A stretch of 64,000 bases of DNA from an uncultured virus (IMG/VR IMGVR_UViG_3300028888_000090) (Duplodnaviria; Heunggongvirae; Uroviricota; Caudoviricetes; Crassvirales), in the IMG/VR virus record IMGVR_UViG_3300028888_000090; one strand, written 5' to 3'. This document shows positions 1 through 8,495 of this stretch, in pieces (positions within the stretch are counted from its first letter, which is position 1; the number at the start of each line of letters is the position of its first letter). The notes below the pieces were generated by a model, which saw only the letters and a list, made by a program, of their open reading frames with translations, did no database searches and had not been told where the DNA came from. A program made the position numbers and the translations under genes.

Positions 1-571
1 TCATCTCCTCGCTCATCTTCAACAAAACAAACATTGCTCATACTCAACAAAACAAGGTTCGCTATTCTTCTCATTTCTATGGGATTCTTATAAGACTTTT
101 TAGCATATAAGTCTTTATGAATAGTAGTATTTTGAACTTCTTCTAAATTGTTAATAAATATAAGTGTTACGATAAAAGTACAAATAGTTTATTCAGCATT
201 ATTGATTGTAGTGGTATGAATAGTGTCACTGCTTCTATTATTCTTATTAGACTGCATATTGGTTCTTTACTAGTAAACTCAGTGTTGCAACACTTGAGGT
301 AAAGGGAAGATTAAATGAAACACCATCAGAAACAGCCGAATTACTGCGAGTAATAAGAATAGATGCATCAGTAGAAGTACTAGTGACACTATTTCCTCTA
401 CCACTATTTTCCCTTCTTTTACCATCATGATTTCTCTTCCAACTTCATTCTTACTGTCACAATTAACACTTATTGTACCATTTTGAATAAAGTTTGTTAA
501 ATTATGTTGATGATTATAACCATTTTTGTCATTATTTTAATATTAATTATAAACCAAAAGTTACTGTCATT

Positions 572-727
572 ATGAAATCGTATGTTGCATTATTTGACGC
601 AGACCATAGTTTTATTTATTCTAGACACAATGAAACATTAGAAGATTTTTATAAACGATTAGAATTATGTTTTTCTGATATGTTTTATACTGTTGTAGAA
701 TGTAAACCTGTGTATCCAAAACGTTAA
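572..727 (+). CDS. small hypothetical protein
   Basis: ORF track 494..727; ATG at 572 after an AT-rich leader is the more plausible start; no recognisable motif. Confidence 0.5.
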   Translation: MKSYVALFDADHSFIYSRHNETLEDFYKRLELCFSDMFYTVVECKPVYPKR

Positions 728-1032
728 ACAACGATATAGGTTGAAAATCCTTGAGGATTAATACAATAATCCTCTAAAATGGCACCAATAAGAGAACCTT
801 TACGTGGTGATGCTATAAGTAGTTAAAAACAAAACTAATCTCTTAAATGTTTAATATCGGTTGTTTGGTGCAGTCGGTATAGAGTAATAGTAGAACTAGT
901 AATACTAGAAGAAGCTATCGGCGTACATACAAAAATTCCATAGGATAACAAAAGTACCCTAATACTCTTAATATAGAAATAAATGACCGTTGAGGTCTTA
1001 ATATAATTATTCACTTTTAAATTTTAAGTATT

Positions 1033-1524
1033 ATGACAAACAAGGAAATTATTGCTCAACTGCTGAAGAATGGAGCAAAAGAAGAAAAGAATGTTACAAT
1101 TAAAAATGTAACTGTTACTCCTAAAGAAACTTACACTCGTCTTGGTTTAACTCTTGACAAAGAAGTTAAGGGTTATCGTCAAGCAGAAGATGGTACTTAT
1201 GAAGAAGGTACTACGCGTATTATCTTTGTAAGTTCTTATTCTATTGGCGCACTTCTTAAAGAAGACGATGATGCTGCATTTGCAGCAAATCACCTTATGA
1301 CTCATCCTGATGCTCTTGGCATGATTATGAGTCGTGCTAAGATTGATATAGTTCAACAGAAGGTGGAAGCGGGTTCTGATTATAAGAATCCGTTTGCTTC
1401 AGAAGATAGTGATAGTACTGTGTTTGACCATGATACTATCATTAATCATGTTGTTAATATTTCTCTGAGTGATTTCGGTAAGAAACGCTTGGACAAGTTG
1501 GCAGACATGATGCTCGGTTTCTAA
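1033..1524 (+). CDS. hypothetical early protein (163 aa)
   Basis: Clean ATG ORF with codon style of a highly expressed gene, followed by a strong terminator. Confidence 0.8.
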   Translation: MTNKEIIAQLLKNGAKEEKNVTIKNVTVTPKETYTRLGLTLDKEVKGYRQAEDGTYEEGTTRIIFVSSYSIGALLKEDDDAAFAANHLMTHPDALGMIMSRAKIDIVQQKVEAGSDYKNPFASEDSDSTVFDHDTIINHVVNISLSDFGKKRLDKLADMMLGF

Positions 1525-1530
1525 TCTTAT

Positions 1531-1560
1531 TAGTGGGAGTAGAAATACTCCCACTATTTT
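1531..1560 (+). terminator. intrinsic terminator
   Basis: Perfect 11-bp stem TAGTGGGAGTA/TACTCCCACTA, GAAA loop, then TTTT. Confidence 0.85.
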
Positions 1561-1573
1561 AATTATTGCTACT

Positions 1574-1777
1574 ATGAATAATCCAAATTATAAGAAAGAA
1601 ACAAGATGTGAAGTTACATTAAGTGATGGTAGTATTTGGGATTTTAATCTACCTGAAAATTATGATGTATCTTGTATCATTGACGGTGACATTATTCTTT
1701 TAAGATTAAAAGAAAAAGAAGAAGAACCAAAAAGTAGATTTAAATTTGAAACAGTTAGTACAAATGGAAAAGATTAA
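1574..1777 (+). CDS. hypothetical protein
   Basis: ATG ORF, 67 aa, overlaps the start of the next gene. Confidence 0.65.
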   Translation: MNNPNYKKETRCEVTLSDGSIWDFNLPENYDVSCIIDGDIILLRLKEKEEEPKSRFKFETVSTNGKD

Positions 1778-2108
1778 GACTTTATTAAGTGGATTGTTCT
1801 TCTTATTATTTATGTTGTTTGGTCTATTTATGACAGCAGACGCACAAACAACTTATAAAGAAGAAGGTAATGTTTTTAGTAGTGTTAAAACTACTAAAAC
1901 TGTGACTCCTGATAAGACTCCTTATACTTGGAAAGACTCCAAAGGTAAGGAATATCCTATTTATATTAGTCAAAGTGGATCTTGTTATGTGATTAAGACA
2001 TCTGCTAAGACTGGTAATACTTATAAGCAATATCTTGGTCCTGAGATTTCTATTAAGATTTGTGAAAATCTTGGTAGAAAATATACTGCTAAGACTAAAA
2101 CTAAGTAA
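1764..2108 (+). CDS. putative exported protein with signal peptide
   Basis: MEKIKTLLSGLFFLLFMLFGLFMTADA-QTT: basic N-terminus, hydrophobic core, AxA cleavage motif. Confidence 0.7.
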   Translation: MEKIKTLLSGLFFLLFMLFGLFMTADAQTTYKEEGNVFSSVKTTKTVTPDKTPYTWKDSKGKEYPIYISQSGSCYVIKTSAKTGNTYKQYLGPEISIKICENLGRKYTAKTKTK

Positions 2109-2113
2109 ATCCT

Positions 2114-2149
2114 TTCTACGGGGGAGGTAGAATTATTCTTCCCCCGTAG
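2114..2149. repeat. inverted pair of the TTCTACRGGGG motif (hairpin, possibly also a terminator)
   Basis: CTACGGGGGA (2116-2125) and TCCCCCGTAG (2140-2149). Confidence 0.85.
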
Positions 2150-2169
2150 CAAAGATATTGATTATTTTG

Positions 2170-2177
2170 TATATTTG
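2170..2177 (+). promoter_or_regulatory. Bacteroidota-type -7 promoter element (TAnnTTTG)
   Basis: TATATTTG 19 nt upstream of ATG 2197; no clear -33 element. Confidence 0.5.
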
Positions 2178-2196
2178 CCGTCTAAATTATAATGAT

Positions 2197-2358
2197 ATGA
2201 GTAAATATTATATTGACGGTAGTTGTACAAATGTTACAGATTATGATGTTCTGATTGAATCAGAATATTATAATCGTGATTATGATTATTCGGTTTTTGA
2301 AGAACCGATTGACAATGAAATTAAACTTCAAACAGAATCTGATATTCTGTTTGAATAA
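2197..2358 (+). CDS. small acidic hypothetical protein
   Basis: Within ORF 2158..2358; ATG at 2197. Confidence 0.55.
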   Translation: MSKYYIDGSCTNVTDYDVLIESEYYNRDYDYSVFEEPIDNEIKLQTESDILFE

Positions 2359-2388
2359 CTTTTTATTTAACAATTAAATTTAATTATT

Positions 2389-2772
2389 ATGAAAAGAACA
2401 GAAGCGTCATTGATGAAGATGACAAAGAAAGAGTTAGTGGAGTTAATTCTCCAAGAACAAGTTGAAGATTCTTTGCTTGGGCAAAAGACTAAGCAAGAGC
2501 TTATTGACATTATTCTTCGTAAAGACGATGTTGAAATTCGTCTGAAAGAAACTATTAAGAGTAAAGATGAAGAAATCGATACTCTTAATACTAGACTTGT
2601 CGGCTGTGAAGCTGACATTAACGGTCTTGAACGTATGCGTCAAGATAATCTCAAGTCTATTGAAGAGCTTAAACAAGCTATTAATAGAAAAAGAGTTACT
2701 ATTCGTAGATGGCAAATTGCTTTTAGCATTCTTGCCATTATTTCTATTATTGTTATTGCAGTTATTGCATAA
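2389..2772 (+). CDS. coiled-coil protein with C-terminal membrane anchor
   Basis: Heptad-like charged region, then WQIAFSILAIISIIVIAVIA. Confidence 0.7.
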   Translation: MKRTEASLMKMTKKELVELILQEQVEDSLLGQKTKQELIDIILRKDDVEIRLKETIKSKDEEIDTLNTRLVGCEADINGLERMRQDNLKSIEELKQAINRKRVTIRRWQIAFSILAIISIIVIAVIA

Positions 2773-2787
2773 CATATTCTATTACAT

Positions 2788-2836
2788 AGAGCGTATAGTA
2801 TAGGTGTTTAATTATACCTACATTATACGCTCTTAT
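2788..2836 (+). terminator. hairpin, probable terminator
   Basis: AGAGCGTATAGT..TAGGT pairs with ACCTA..ATTATACGCTCT. Confidence 0.6.
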
Positions 2837-2838
2837 TA

Positions 2839-2928
2839 TGCCCAAGAGTATGCTAAATCCTTTGTCTATTAAGTGATTTTTGAAAAATCATATAACTATA
2901 TGGATAAAGGATTAAACAGCTAAAATCG
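2839..2928. promoter_or_regulatory. tripartite fixed-spacing element, copy 1
   Basis: TGCCC 2839, TATAACTAT 2891, AAATCG 2923. Confidence 0.65.
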
Positions 2929-2949
2929 AAAATTAAAAATTATAAGAAA

Positions 2950-3252
2950 ATGGAAAATAGACTATATAATATTGTAATTAAAGTTGTTGCTATTATGGTA
3001 ACAGTTTTAGCAAGTGTTATACTTGCAACAACTTGGATTGTTTCTTTACCTATTCTTCTAATATATGAATTGATTGTATTTCTTTGTGAACATCTTACAG
3101 GGAATACAACAAATCATAACTACGCTGGTAATAATTTTATAACATATTATAAATCTGTTAAACACATTTATAATAGTATGTTAAATGAAGATAATTTTAA
3201 CATCTTAGAAGAGGATACAAGAGAACCTGATTCTTTTTATCCTTATTATTAA
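2950..3252 (+). CDS. hypothetical membrane protein
   Basis: Long hydrophobic N-terminal stretch. Confidence 0.65.
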   Translation: MENRLYNIVIKVVAIMVTVLASVILATTWIVSLPILLIYELIVFLCEHLTGNTTNHNYAGNNFITYYKSVKHIYNSMLNEDNFNILEEDTREPDSFYPYY

Positions 3253-3258
3253 GATGTT

Positions 3259-3331
3259 GGTCCTATAGCTCAACGGTTAGAGCGTCTGACTCATAATCAG
3301 AGGGTTCTAGGTTCAAATCCTAGTAGGACCA
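3259..3331 (+). tRNA. tRNA with CAT anticodon (probably Ile2/lysidine type, otherwise elongator Met)
   Basis: Acceptor GGTCCTA/TAGGACC, D arm GCTC/GAGC, anticodon arm TCTGA-CTCATAA-TCAGA, T arm CTAGG-TTCAAAT-CCTAG, discriminator A, no encoded CCA. Confidence 0.95.
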
Positions 3332-3450
3332 CTAATAATAGAAGTGAGATTCCTAATGGTTGTACAGCCGATAATTGTATAAGTGCTTTCATAAATATCG
3401 TATTTAATCTTACTTCTATTTGTTTTGTAAATAATTAAAATCATTATATT

Positions 3451-3534
3451 ATGGAAGATGAAATTATAGAACAAGAAGAAGAACCCGAGGATACTAGAGA
3501 ACCAGAACATTGGTATCCTTTTTGTTATTTTTAA
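3451..3534 (+). CDS. putative 27-aa acidic peptide
   Basis: ATG after an AT-rich leader; MEDEIIEQEEEPEDTRRPEHWYPFCYF; resembles the C-terminus of ORF 2950..3252. Confidence 0.45.
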   Translation: MEDEIIEQEEEPEDTREPEHWYPFCYF

Positions 3535-3567
3535 TTAAATTATTATTCACTTAAAATTCGTTGTAAA

Positions 3568-3864
3568 ATGAAAAGAAATCACGAAGAAAACGATTGTGTA
3601 AGAGTTCTTACAAACAAGTGTCATCTTACTATTGATGGCAGAACTAAAACTATTAGAGCTTCTAGAAGTCAAGCTCCGGGTAATAAAGCTTGGGGTCGTA
3701 TTGACTATCTTATGAAAGTTCATGGTTATGTGTTTATGTGGGATAATAGTGTTCTTTTAAGAGCACAAAATCCTGATGATCGTAAACAAACTAATAAAAC
3801 TAAGAAAGTCATCAAAAAGATGAAGAAAGATGATAATCTTGGTAAAACTTCTAAAAAGAGATAA
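3568..3864 (+). CDS. basic hypothetical protein
   Basis: ATG ORF in operon, Lys-rich tail. Confidence 0.7.
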   Translation: MKRNHEENDCVRVLTNKCHLTIDGRTKTIRASRSQAPGNKAWGRIDYLMKVHGYVFMWDNSVLLRAQNPDDRKQTNKTKKVIKKMKKDDNLGKTSKKR

Positions 3865-3866
3865 TT

Positions 3867-4328
3867 ATGGCTACTACAACATTTTCTGGCTTTAGTATTA
3901 GGCCAGTCAAAAAAGTTAGAGCTAAAGTTAGCTCTACACCGATTGTAAAACAGGCTCTTTATTGTAAGCCTGTTTATATTGAAAATACTCTAGTTGCACA
4001 TATTAATACTAAAGGCTTGGATGGTTATGAAAAAGTAACCATCCTCCCCTTTAGCAAAGAATCTTTCGATTTGAAAGGTAAAACTCATATCTTTGCTAGA
4101 GATAAAAACAAAGAAGGTAAATATGTACATATTATTAGAAGTAAGGATACTTCTGAAATGTATCCTGGTGATGAAGAACGATATACTCCTATATGTGAAA
4201 ATTCTATATATAAAGGGTATATAGTTAAACATAATAATGATTTAGTTTTTAATGTTACTGAATACATCAGTACAATAAGAGCTAATGATCTTCTATTAAC
4301 AAAGAATAATATTGAAAATGAACATTAG
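3867..4328 (+). CDS. hypothetical protein
   Basis: ATG ORF tightly packed between neighbours. Confidence 0.75.
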   Translation: MATTTFSGFSIRPVKKVRAKVSSTPIVKQALYCKPVYIENTLVAHINTKGLDGYEKVTILPFSKESFDLKGKTHIFARDKNKEGKYVHIIRSKDTSEMYPGDEERYTPICENSIYKGYIVKHNNDLVFNVTEYISTIRANDLLLTKNNIENEH

Positions 4329-5784
4329 TATAACTTCTCAAAGTAACGGTAAAGACCCAGCTTCTACGCTGGGCTTTACTGATGATCAAAGTAATGCTTA
4401 TAATAGTCTTATAGAATTTATTAATAAACCTTATAATGATAATGATTGTAAGCGTGCACTTACTGGTCCTGCTGGTACTGGTAAGACATATCTTGTTAAA
4501 GCTCTTATTAAAAACTGTAACTTAAGTTACAGTCAGATAGGGCTTGCTGCTCCTACTCATAAAGCTTGTCGTGTTCTACAAGAATCAATTGGTATTAATA
4601 ATGTTAAAACAAACACTTTGCAATCAGATTTAGGTCTTAGACTTAATTTTGATGTTGAGAAGTTTGATATTAATAATCCTCCTTTTGATCCTAAAGGTAG
4701 AATTAAACTTGGTGACTATAAAGTTTATATTGTTGATGAAGCTTCTATGATTAATAGAGGTTTATGTTTATTTCTTGAAAAAACTTGTAGAACTAATAAA
4801 TGTAAACTTATATATATTGGTGATAGTGCTCAGCTTGCCCCTGTAGGAGAGAAATATTCTCCTGCTTTTAGAGCTATTAAATGTAATGCTCTTGAACAGA
4901 TTGTACGACAAGAAGATGATAATCCTATAAGAGAGCTTCTTGATTTATTAAGATTTGATATTCAACATAAGACTTTTACTTTTCTTAATCATATTGCTCA
5001 AAACAAACAATGTTTTGATGAATTTTGTACAAAAGGATATAAGGTTTGCACTAGTACAGAATTCAATGACATAATGATAACTAATTTTAGTGATGAAGCA
5101 ATTACTAAAAATGTTGATTTTGTAAAAGTCATTGGATATACTAATATGGTTGTAAGTAGTTGGAACAAATTTATCAGAAATACTACTATTGAAGATTCTG
5201 ATAAATCTGTTATCACAAAGAATGACCTCATCATTAGTTATACAACTATCGTTAATCAATTTAATGAAATTGTTATAGCTAATTCTGAGGAATATATTCT
5301 TCAAGACGTGGTAAATTATGTGCATCCTACTTATGAACTGAAGGGATTTCTTGTAAGATTTATTGCCATTCATGGAGGTAAAGTTACAAGTCCTTTATTT
5401 GTTCTTGACCATAGTGATTCTTTTACGATTGCTAAATATTGTCAAATATCAAATTCTTTGGTTTCTGCTGCTAAAAGTAGTAGTGTTAAACTCCGTGCTC
5501 AAAAATGGCGCGAATATTATACTTTTAGAGAGAGTTGTCTACTACTTACTAATATTGCCAATCATCAAGGTAAAATAGTTTATCCTAGAGACCTTGATTA
5601 TGGTTTTGCGTTAACTGCTCATAAGTCACAAGGAAGTACGTTTGATACAACTTTAGTTGATGTAAATGATATTGTTTATAATAAATATGGTATTCCATAT
5701 ACTGATGCTGAAGAAATTAATCGTAGACTTTATGTGGCTTGTTCACGTGCTAAAAACAAACTTTATTTAAGATTTGGTAAATGA
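4318..5784 (+). CDS. SF1B helicase (Dda/RecD2-like)
   Basis: Walker A GPAGTGKT, AAPTHKA, Walker B VDEASM, IGDSAQLAPV, TAHKSQGSTF, LYVACSRAK. Confidence 0.92.
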   Translation: MNISITSQSNGKDPASTLGFTDDQSNAYNSLIEFINKPYNDNDCKRALTGPAGTGKTYLVKALIKNCNLSYSQIGLAAPTHKACRVLQESIGINNVKTNTLQSDLGLRLNFDVEKFDINNPPFDPKGRIKLGDYKVYIVDEASMINRGLCLFLEKTCRTNKCKLIYIGDSAQLAPVGEKYSPAFRAIKCNALEQIVRQEDDNPIRELLDLLRFDIQHKTFTFLNHIAQNKQCFDEFCTKGYKVCTSTEFNDIMITNFSDEAITKNVDFVKVIGYTNMVVSSWNKFIRNTTIEDSDKSVITKNDLIISYTTIVNQFNEIVIANSEEYILQDVVNYVHPTYELKGFLVRFIAIHGGKVTSPLFVLDHSDSFTIAKYCQISNSLVSAAKSSSVKLRAQKWREYYTFRESCLLLTNIANHQGKIVYPRDLDYGFALTAHKSQGSTFDTTLVDVNDIVYNKYGIPYTDAEEINRRLYVACSRAKNKLYLRFGK

Positions 5785-5951
5785 GTAAAGAAAAAGAAAA
5801 ATCTATTTTAGAAAGACTTAAAGATTTAAGTGATAAAAAAGGAATACCGCTTGATATTTTAAAACGTAATGTTTATAGTGTTTATGATAGTACTTGTAGT
5901 AAGCAATTAACTCCTAAACAAAAACTTGAAATTTTAGAAGAACTTTTATAA
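5781..5951 (+). CDS. small hypothetical protein (56 aa)
   Basis: ATGA overlap with the helicase stop; read manually, below the ORF-track cut-off. Confidence 0.55.
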   Translation: MSKEKEKSILERLKDLSDKKGIPLDILKRNVYSVYDSTCSKQLTPKQKLEILEELL

Positions 5952-6000
5952 TAAAATTATAATATTATGAATAAGAGTAAGTTTTGTTTATTATACCCAT

Positions 6001-6336
6001 TTGGTGATAATAAAAATAGTAAATATGAGAATAAAAGATTATATAGAATTTGAAAATATTTATCTAAATGATGATTATATTAATTCCGTAGGTTTTTATG
6101 TTTGGTTTCGTAATATACTTAAACTATTAGATTATCTTATGTCTAACTATACTACTGTTGAATATAACTTTAACCCTTATGATTCTATAAAACCATTATT
6201 TATTAATCACGTTTGCGATAAAATAGATAAATATATTCAAGATGAAAATATACGTATAAATCTTAAAAATATTTTACACGAACAATCTAGTTTGAGTGTA
6301 GATATAAAACATTTTGTTATTGATAAAATTAAATAA
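6001..6336 (+). CDS. hypothetical protein
   Basis: ORF track; start uncertain (internal ATG at 6025). Confidence 0.55.
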   Translation: MVIIKIVNMRIKDYIEFENIYLNDDYINSVGFYVWFRNILKLLDYLMSNYTTVEYNFNPYDSIKPLFINHVCDKIDKYIQDENIRINLKNILHEQSSLSVDIKHFVIDKIK

Positions 6337-6338
6337 TT

Positions 6339-6557
6339 ATGACAAGAAATATAAAAATTAAAAATTATCTTGAGGCACATCCTGGTGCCACTGTTGAAGA
6401 TTGGAAAAATCAAAGACATAGAATGCATGTTATGCAAGCTCAAATGACTACTTTTGGTAAACATACAGGTAGTAAATCTAAAAAAGTACTTATGTATCAT
6501 ATTCATAAAATTGATAAAAATCGTAAATCTCTTTTTGATAGATTGTTTAATCAATAA
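6339..6557 (+). CDS. hypothetical protein
   Basis: ATG ORF in operon. Confidence 0.65.
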   Translation: MTRNIKIKNYLEAHPGATVEDWKNQRHRMHVMQAQMTTFGKHTGSKSKKVLMYHIHKIDKNRKSLFDRLFNQ

Positions 6558-6562
6558 TTATT

Positions 6563-7114
6563 ATGACTATATGTGATGATTGTGCTTTAAGACTTTACAA
6601 CACTAAGTCTTATAATCTGCAAGGTATTGGTAATCCCTATAAAGGTAATGTTATTGTTGTACCTAATGTAGATTATAAAGCTTATAAAGGTAAAAGTATG
6701 GATTTTTCTACTCAAGTAGAAATAATTGAAGATGTACTTCACCTTTCTACGGGGGTGGAAGAGTCCAACTTTTATGTTGTTCCTCTTATTAGATGTAATG
6801 AACAAATATCTTGTGAAGTAGATGATGCTACTTATAATAAATGTTTGCAATATTTTGCACATGATGTTCGTAATTATAATTTTAAGAATATTCTTCTTTT
6901 AGGTAATGCTGCCAGAAGGTTTCTTAATATTAACATTCATGAATATCTTGATACTATTATTGTAAGCAAAAATCAAAGAAGATATTTTGTTAATTACTCA
7001 CCACTTGTTAAAAATATTGATGAAACATTGTTTAACACTTTTAGAGATAATCTTATAAAGTGGCATAATAGTGTTAATACTAATTTTTATAATTATAACA
7101 TTAAAATATTATAG
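6563..7114 (+). CDS. uracil-DNA glycosylase-like protein (family 4-like, degenerate motifs)
   Basis: N-terminal CDDCALR, GIGNP, LIRC, later Cys, ILLLGNAA: the layout of Fe-S UDG family 4; canonical GEAPG and HPA motifs not evident. Confidence 0.65.
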   Translation: MTICDDCALRLYNTKSYNLQGIGNPYKGNVIVVPNVDYKAYKGKSMDFSTQVEIIEDVLHLSTGVEESNFYVVPLIRCNEQISCEVDDATYNKCLQYFAHDVRNYNFKNILLLGNAARRFLNINIHEYLDTIIVSKNQRRYFVNYSPLVKNIDETLFNTFRDNLIKWHNSVNTNFYNYNIKIL

Positions 7115-7116
7115 CG

Positions 7117-7614
7117 ATGAGCGAAATAAAAGAAAAATGGAAAACAATTCGTGGACTTCCTAAATATGAAGTTAGTAGTTTAGGTAGTATAAGAATAAAA
7201 GATACTGATAAGCATATAACTCAATTTGTTCGTTTTGGAAAAAACGTTGTTGCTCTTAGTAATAAAAATGGAAAGTATAATCAATATTATGTTGATAATT
7301 TAGTAGCTTATAATTTTTTACCAATTCCTTATAGTATTAGCGAACCTAAAGTTTATCATAAAAATAAAAATTATTTAGATGATAGACTTGAAAATTTGCA
7401 TTTTATGAAAAATGTTAAAACTAATAGTGTTCTAGTAAACATTTATTTATTTAAAAATAATAGATGTTATTTAGTTAGTACCATGTCTTATAGAAGAGCT
7501 AAATCCTATCTTAATTGTAAAGAAGGTGAATTATTGCACGCCCTTGCTCATACTAGTATTATTAAAAATGATGGTAAAGAATACAAAGTTGAATATAGTT
7601 TTAATAAACTTTAA
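7117..7614 (+). CDS. NUMOD4/HNH homing endonuclease-like protein (probably degenerate)
   Basis: EKWKTIRGLPKYEVSSLGSIR (NUMOD4); VDNLVAYNF..VYHKNKNYLDDRLENL. Confidence 0.75.
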   Translation: MSEIKEKWKTIRGLPKYEVSSLGSIRIKDTDKHITQFVRFGKNVVALSNKNGKYNQYYVDNLVAYNFLPIPYSISEPKVYHKNKNYLDDRLENLHFMKNVKTNSVLVNIYLFKNNRCYLVSTMSYRRAKSYLNCKEGELLHALAHTSIIKNDGKEYKVEYSFNKL

Positions 7615-7616
7615 TT

Positions 7617-7808
7617 ATGATTACAACAATAATAGATGATAAACACAAAGAACATAAGATTGTAACTCAACAATATCAAGTTGGTACTTATGTTATTATT
7701 GATAATGATCCTGCTCAACAGTTTGGTCTTCAAACAAGTGAAGTTAAATATCACAAATGGTTAAGAAAACATCATAATTGGATTCCTGATGAAAGTAGTG
7801 TATTATGA
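7617..7808 (+). CDS. hypothetical protein
   Basis: ATG ORF, ATGA-coupled to the next gene. Confidence 0.6.
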   Translation: MITTIIDDKHKEHKIVTQQYQVGTYVIIDNDPAQQFGLQTSEVKYHKWLRKHHNWIPDESSVL

Positions 7809-8032
7809 ATAATGTAATAGAAGATAATATATCTTATAGTGTTATAACTTATACTATAAAATATAGATTTCGTACTCTTCGTGGAAAAGCATCTGCTTGT
7901 AGAAATATTAATAGTTTTTCTCAAGCATTAGTTTTGTATAAAGAACTACTAAATGATGAACAAGTTTGTGACATTGTTGTAGAACGAAAAACTATTGATG
8001 TTTTTGATAATGATAAAGAATTAAAGTTATGA
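7805..8032 (+). CDS. hypothetical protein, paralog of 8268..8495
   Basis: Shares TYTIKYR..LRGK and CDIVVE. Confidence 0.7.
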   Translation: MNNVIEDNISYSVITYTIKYRFRTLRGKASACRNINSFSQALVLYKELLNDEQVCDIVVERKTIDVFDNDKELKL

Positions 8033-8253
8033 TTAAGAAATTTAAAAGAAATAATATTTATAAAATAAGTGCATATAAAAATGAAGAATTAACTGTTTCT
8101 TTAGATGTTTCAAATGTTTCAAATAAATATGACATTGTTAACAAAATTAGACCTTTTACAGACATTCCTGATAAAATTATAGTAGAGGATATAAAAGGAG
8201 ATAAAAATGTTTATAGTGTCAGTTTAACTATAACGTCTAATCCTTATTTATAA
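8029..8253 (+). CDS. hypothetical protein
   Basis: ATGA-coupled ORF. Confidence 0.6.
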   Translation: MIKKFKRNNIYKISAYKNEELTVSLDVSNVSNKYDIVNKIRPFTDIPDKIIVEDIKGDKNVYSVSLTITSNPYL

Positions 8254-8267
8254 TTAAAATAACTATT

Positions 8268-8495
8268 ATGATTGATGAAAAATATATTGTAACTACTACA
8301 ACAACATATACAATAAAATATAGACAACATAGTCTTAGAGGAAAGAGAGAATTTATTAGAGATATAAAAGGTATTTCTATTCTATTAGGTATTCTTAAAC
8401 CAATTCTTGAAGATCCTAATATTTGTGATATTGTTGTAGAAGAAAAAATTATTAATACTCTTGATGAAAAAATGCTACAAAAAGAAATATTATGA
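8268..8495 (+). CDS. hypothetical protein, paralog of 7805..8032
   Basis: Shares TYTIKYR..LRGK and CDIVVE. Confidence 0.7.
   Translation: MIDEKYIVTTTTTYTIKYRQHSLRGKREFIRDIKGISILLGILKPILEDPNICDIVVEEKIINTLDEKMLQKEIL

Noticed and set aside
693..790. Further tripartite element near CTAAAATGG (774-782)
   Set aside because: No TGCCC or TATAAYTAT box at the required offsets
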